From the NCBI RefSeq assembly GCF_020745735.1, contig NC_083409.1, positions 11,773,052 to 11,837,051 of the forward strand: a stretch of 64,000 nucleotides of DNA, written 5' to 3'. Below, piece after piece: positions 62,820 to 64,000 of the stretch. Within the stretch, counting starts at the first letter, position 1, and every line of letters begins with the position of its first letter. The translations under genes were made by a program, and so were the position numbers. This DNA is from Hemiscyllium ocellatum (Eukaryota). Under the pieces are notes generated by a model. That model did no database searches and had not been told where the DNA came from. It worked only from the letters and a program-made list of their open reading frames with translations.

Positions 62820-63005
62820 AATCTGTTTGGAATCTTGTAACCTCCAATGATTCCAGATCAAAGGGATCATTTGAAAGTGATTGATGATTGGCTGTCAGTA
62901 TCCTCTACAATGGATGTGTCATTGATTGACAGGCGAATAGCCAATTGTGACAATGCCATGCTGAAATGCAGCCAATCAGCTGAATGGAGTGGCCAATCTT
63001 CAAAG
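62820..63005. promoter_or_regulatory. CCAAT/PBX-motif block 3' of C4
   Basis: TGATTGGCTG 62885-62894, TGATTGACAG 62923-62932, CAGCCAATCA 62969-62978, GGCCAATC 62991-62998. Confidence 0.45.
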
Positions 63006-63037
63006 CGCACAGAGACAGAGACTGAATCTTCTTCATC

Positions 63038-63043
63038 TTTATT
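63038..63043 (-). terminator. Polyadenylation signal of C4
   Basis: TTTATT at the homologous position. Confidence 0.7.
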
Positions 63044-63569
63044 CCCCTTTCCAGATTGACATTGACAGAAAACAGACTGCAATTAACAGCCCAGACAGAG
63101 GAAGCTGCACAAATTCACAGCCACAATGGAGCTTGAGGAAAACACTTGTGGAGATTTTCTCAATAACATGAGAATCCTGTAAATTCAAACAGTGACAAAA
63201 CCTTAAATTGGAACTGGCGGCTGAGCAGGAAGGAGATCTGGTTTACTGAGGCAGAGAATTCTGAGGTTCACATTGTTTTGTACAGCTGACAGTCTTCAGC
63301 AACTTCAATAGATTTTACTTGGCATCACAAGTCAACTCTGTCCCCATCAAACGTTCCCAGAACAGGGACAGCATGGGGTTTGACACAGCGTAAAGCTCTA
63401 TCTACAGTGTCCCAATGAACCTGCCTTAACCCCTGAACCTCAGAAATGTCTCTAACCGGTCCTGAGAAGGAAGAGAGGTGAAATTCAGTGCTGACGATGA
63501 CCTTTGTCCTGCCAGCTCAGCCCTGTTCTATTTAAAGTTGTGTCTCCTCTGTGGACTGTCTTGAACACC

Positions 63570-63898
63570 CTACACACATTCTGATCTCCTGATGCTCTTG
63601 CTGAGGGGAGAGGGGAGGGTCACGTGAGTGAGGGCACAGGAGAAGTGAGCGTCGGACTCCCAGTCAGACCCAGAGAGAGTCAGCAGGCTGCTGACACTGT
63701 AGGTGCTGTCCGAAGCTCGCAGGTAGTTGCTGGTCTGAACCCCGTCCGAAATGACTGCACCATCCTTCTTCCACTGCACCTCCAGCTCATCGGGATAGAA
63801 GTGATTGGCAAGGCACACCAGGGTGGCAGTGCCCTTGGCATTGACCTGCTCCAGGGAGGGAGGCAGCAGGGTCAGCTTGGGCTGAGAGTTCTCACGGC
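63570..63898 (-). CDS. IGKC: Ig kappa constant exon C4 (intact; V/J outside the window)
   Basis: Acceptor TCTTTCAG|GC at 63899/63898; 329 nt like C1; four amino-acid differences from C1 (D>E, P>L, N>D, R>H). Confidence 0.95.
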
Positions 63899-64000
63899 CT
63901 GAAAGACAAGAGAAACAATTTTAATCCCTGTTATTCGAAGGGATTTTAACTCTCTGAACATTCACCGGTAAAACAATCCGTTTGAACATTTGTAGCCAAT

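Overview
Cartilaginous-fish (shark-like, probably orectolobiform; taxon inferred from protein and repeat content) genomic DNA from an immunoglobulin kappa (NS4/type III-like) light-chain cluster array. One complete gene lies on +: promoter (octamer variant + TATA), leader exon 4645-4693, an already JOINED V-J exon 4880-5209 with no RSS, an 11.4-kb LINE-filled intron and Ckappa 16621-16949 (235-aa spliced product). Three further Ckappa copies lie on -: an internally deleted remnant (30850-30936), a frameshifted copy with no V/J found upstream (43861-44191) and an intact copy (63570-63898) whose V/J would lie beyond the window. The most striking unexplained structure is a non-coding 'cluster tail' repeated downstream of C1, C3 and C4 in the same relative orientation. 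It comprises a CCAAT/PBX-motif block just past the polyA signal, a 127-bp element that is 100% identical in all three copies while its flanks have diverged, and a CTCF consensus site 0.3-0.5 kb further out that points back into its own cluster (perfect in two tails, decayed in the third). I interpret this as a candidate 3' enhancer + insulator module delimiting each shark kappa cluster; the function is inference. The rest is mostly CR1/L2 LINE, Penelope-like and tRNA-SINE debris, plus a decayed retroviral pol fragment (~29.2-29.5 kb) and minisatellites. Repeat boundaries and percent identities were read by eye and are approximate.
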